From Acidobacteriota bacterium (GTDB taxonomy: Bacteria > Acidobacteriota > UBA6911 > JACQSX01): a stretch of DNA of 15,637 nt. Below the pieces are notes generated by a model. That model worked only from the letters and a program-made list of their open reading frames with translations. It was not told the DNA's origin and made no database searches. This document shows positions 15,560 through 15,637 of this stretch, piece by piece. Numbering within the stretch: position 1 is the first letter of the stretch; the number at the start of each line of letters is the position of its first letter. The translations under genes and the position numbers were made by a program. The DNA lies in contig DASXQR010000191.1 of NCBI GenBank assembly GCA_036507075.1, positions 1 to 15,637 on the forward strand. Direction: 5' to 3'.

Positions 15560-15615
15560 GCAGAAAGCAGAAGGCGGAAAGCGGAAGGCAGAAAGCGGAA
15601 GGCGGAAGGCAGAGG
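15560..15615 (+). repeat. Heptamer tandem repeat (GCRGAAR) x8
   Basis: GCAGAAA GCAGAAG GCGGAAA GCGGAAG GCAGAAA GCGGAAG GCGGAAG GCAGAGG, starting just after the stop codon. Confidence 0.9.
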
Positions 15616-15637
15616 AGCGTCTACGGCAGCTGAGTCG

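Noticed and set aside
1..15637. Genome-wide UGA reassignment, other Sec codons, or tRNA/rRNA genes
   Set aside because: Other TGA codons fall at natural protein ends with no domain continuation. No tRNA cloverleaf or rRNA-like sequence was recognised by eye.

Overview
Bacterial window of about 55-60% GC (estimated by eye). The gene content suggests an Acidobacteria- or PVC-like organism (inference). It starts with the 3' end of an IS1595-like transposase. A mosaic of mostly unrelated genes follows: DUF2911-like secreted protein, alpha/beta hydrolase, rhodanese, pterin-4a-carbinolamine dehydratase, NagB-like deaminase, RRM protein, small hypotheticals, MOSC protein, secreted PIG-L/LmbE deacetylase, a gluzincin peptidase + MBL-fold hydrolase pair, and a large PVC-type heme-binding CxxCH protein. 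Three things stand out. (1) The rhodanese ORF, cut at 2808 in the ORF track, reads through an in-frame TGA at the active-site loop (YCS-U-SQEHSSARAA) and is followed by a SECIS-like hairpin, making it a likely exported selenoprotein (2452..2946). (2) The cytoplasmic HExxH metallopeptidase plus insertion-rich MBL hydrolase resembles a protease-activated effector (conflict/defence) module. (3) Most of the larger intergenic gaps carry repeat elements built from 7-, 8-, 9- or 10-nt units, plus REP-like hairpins. Two 90%-identical copies bracket the MOSC gene, and one element appears nested.
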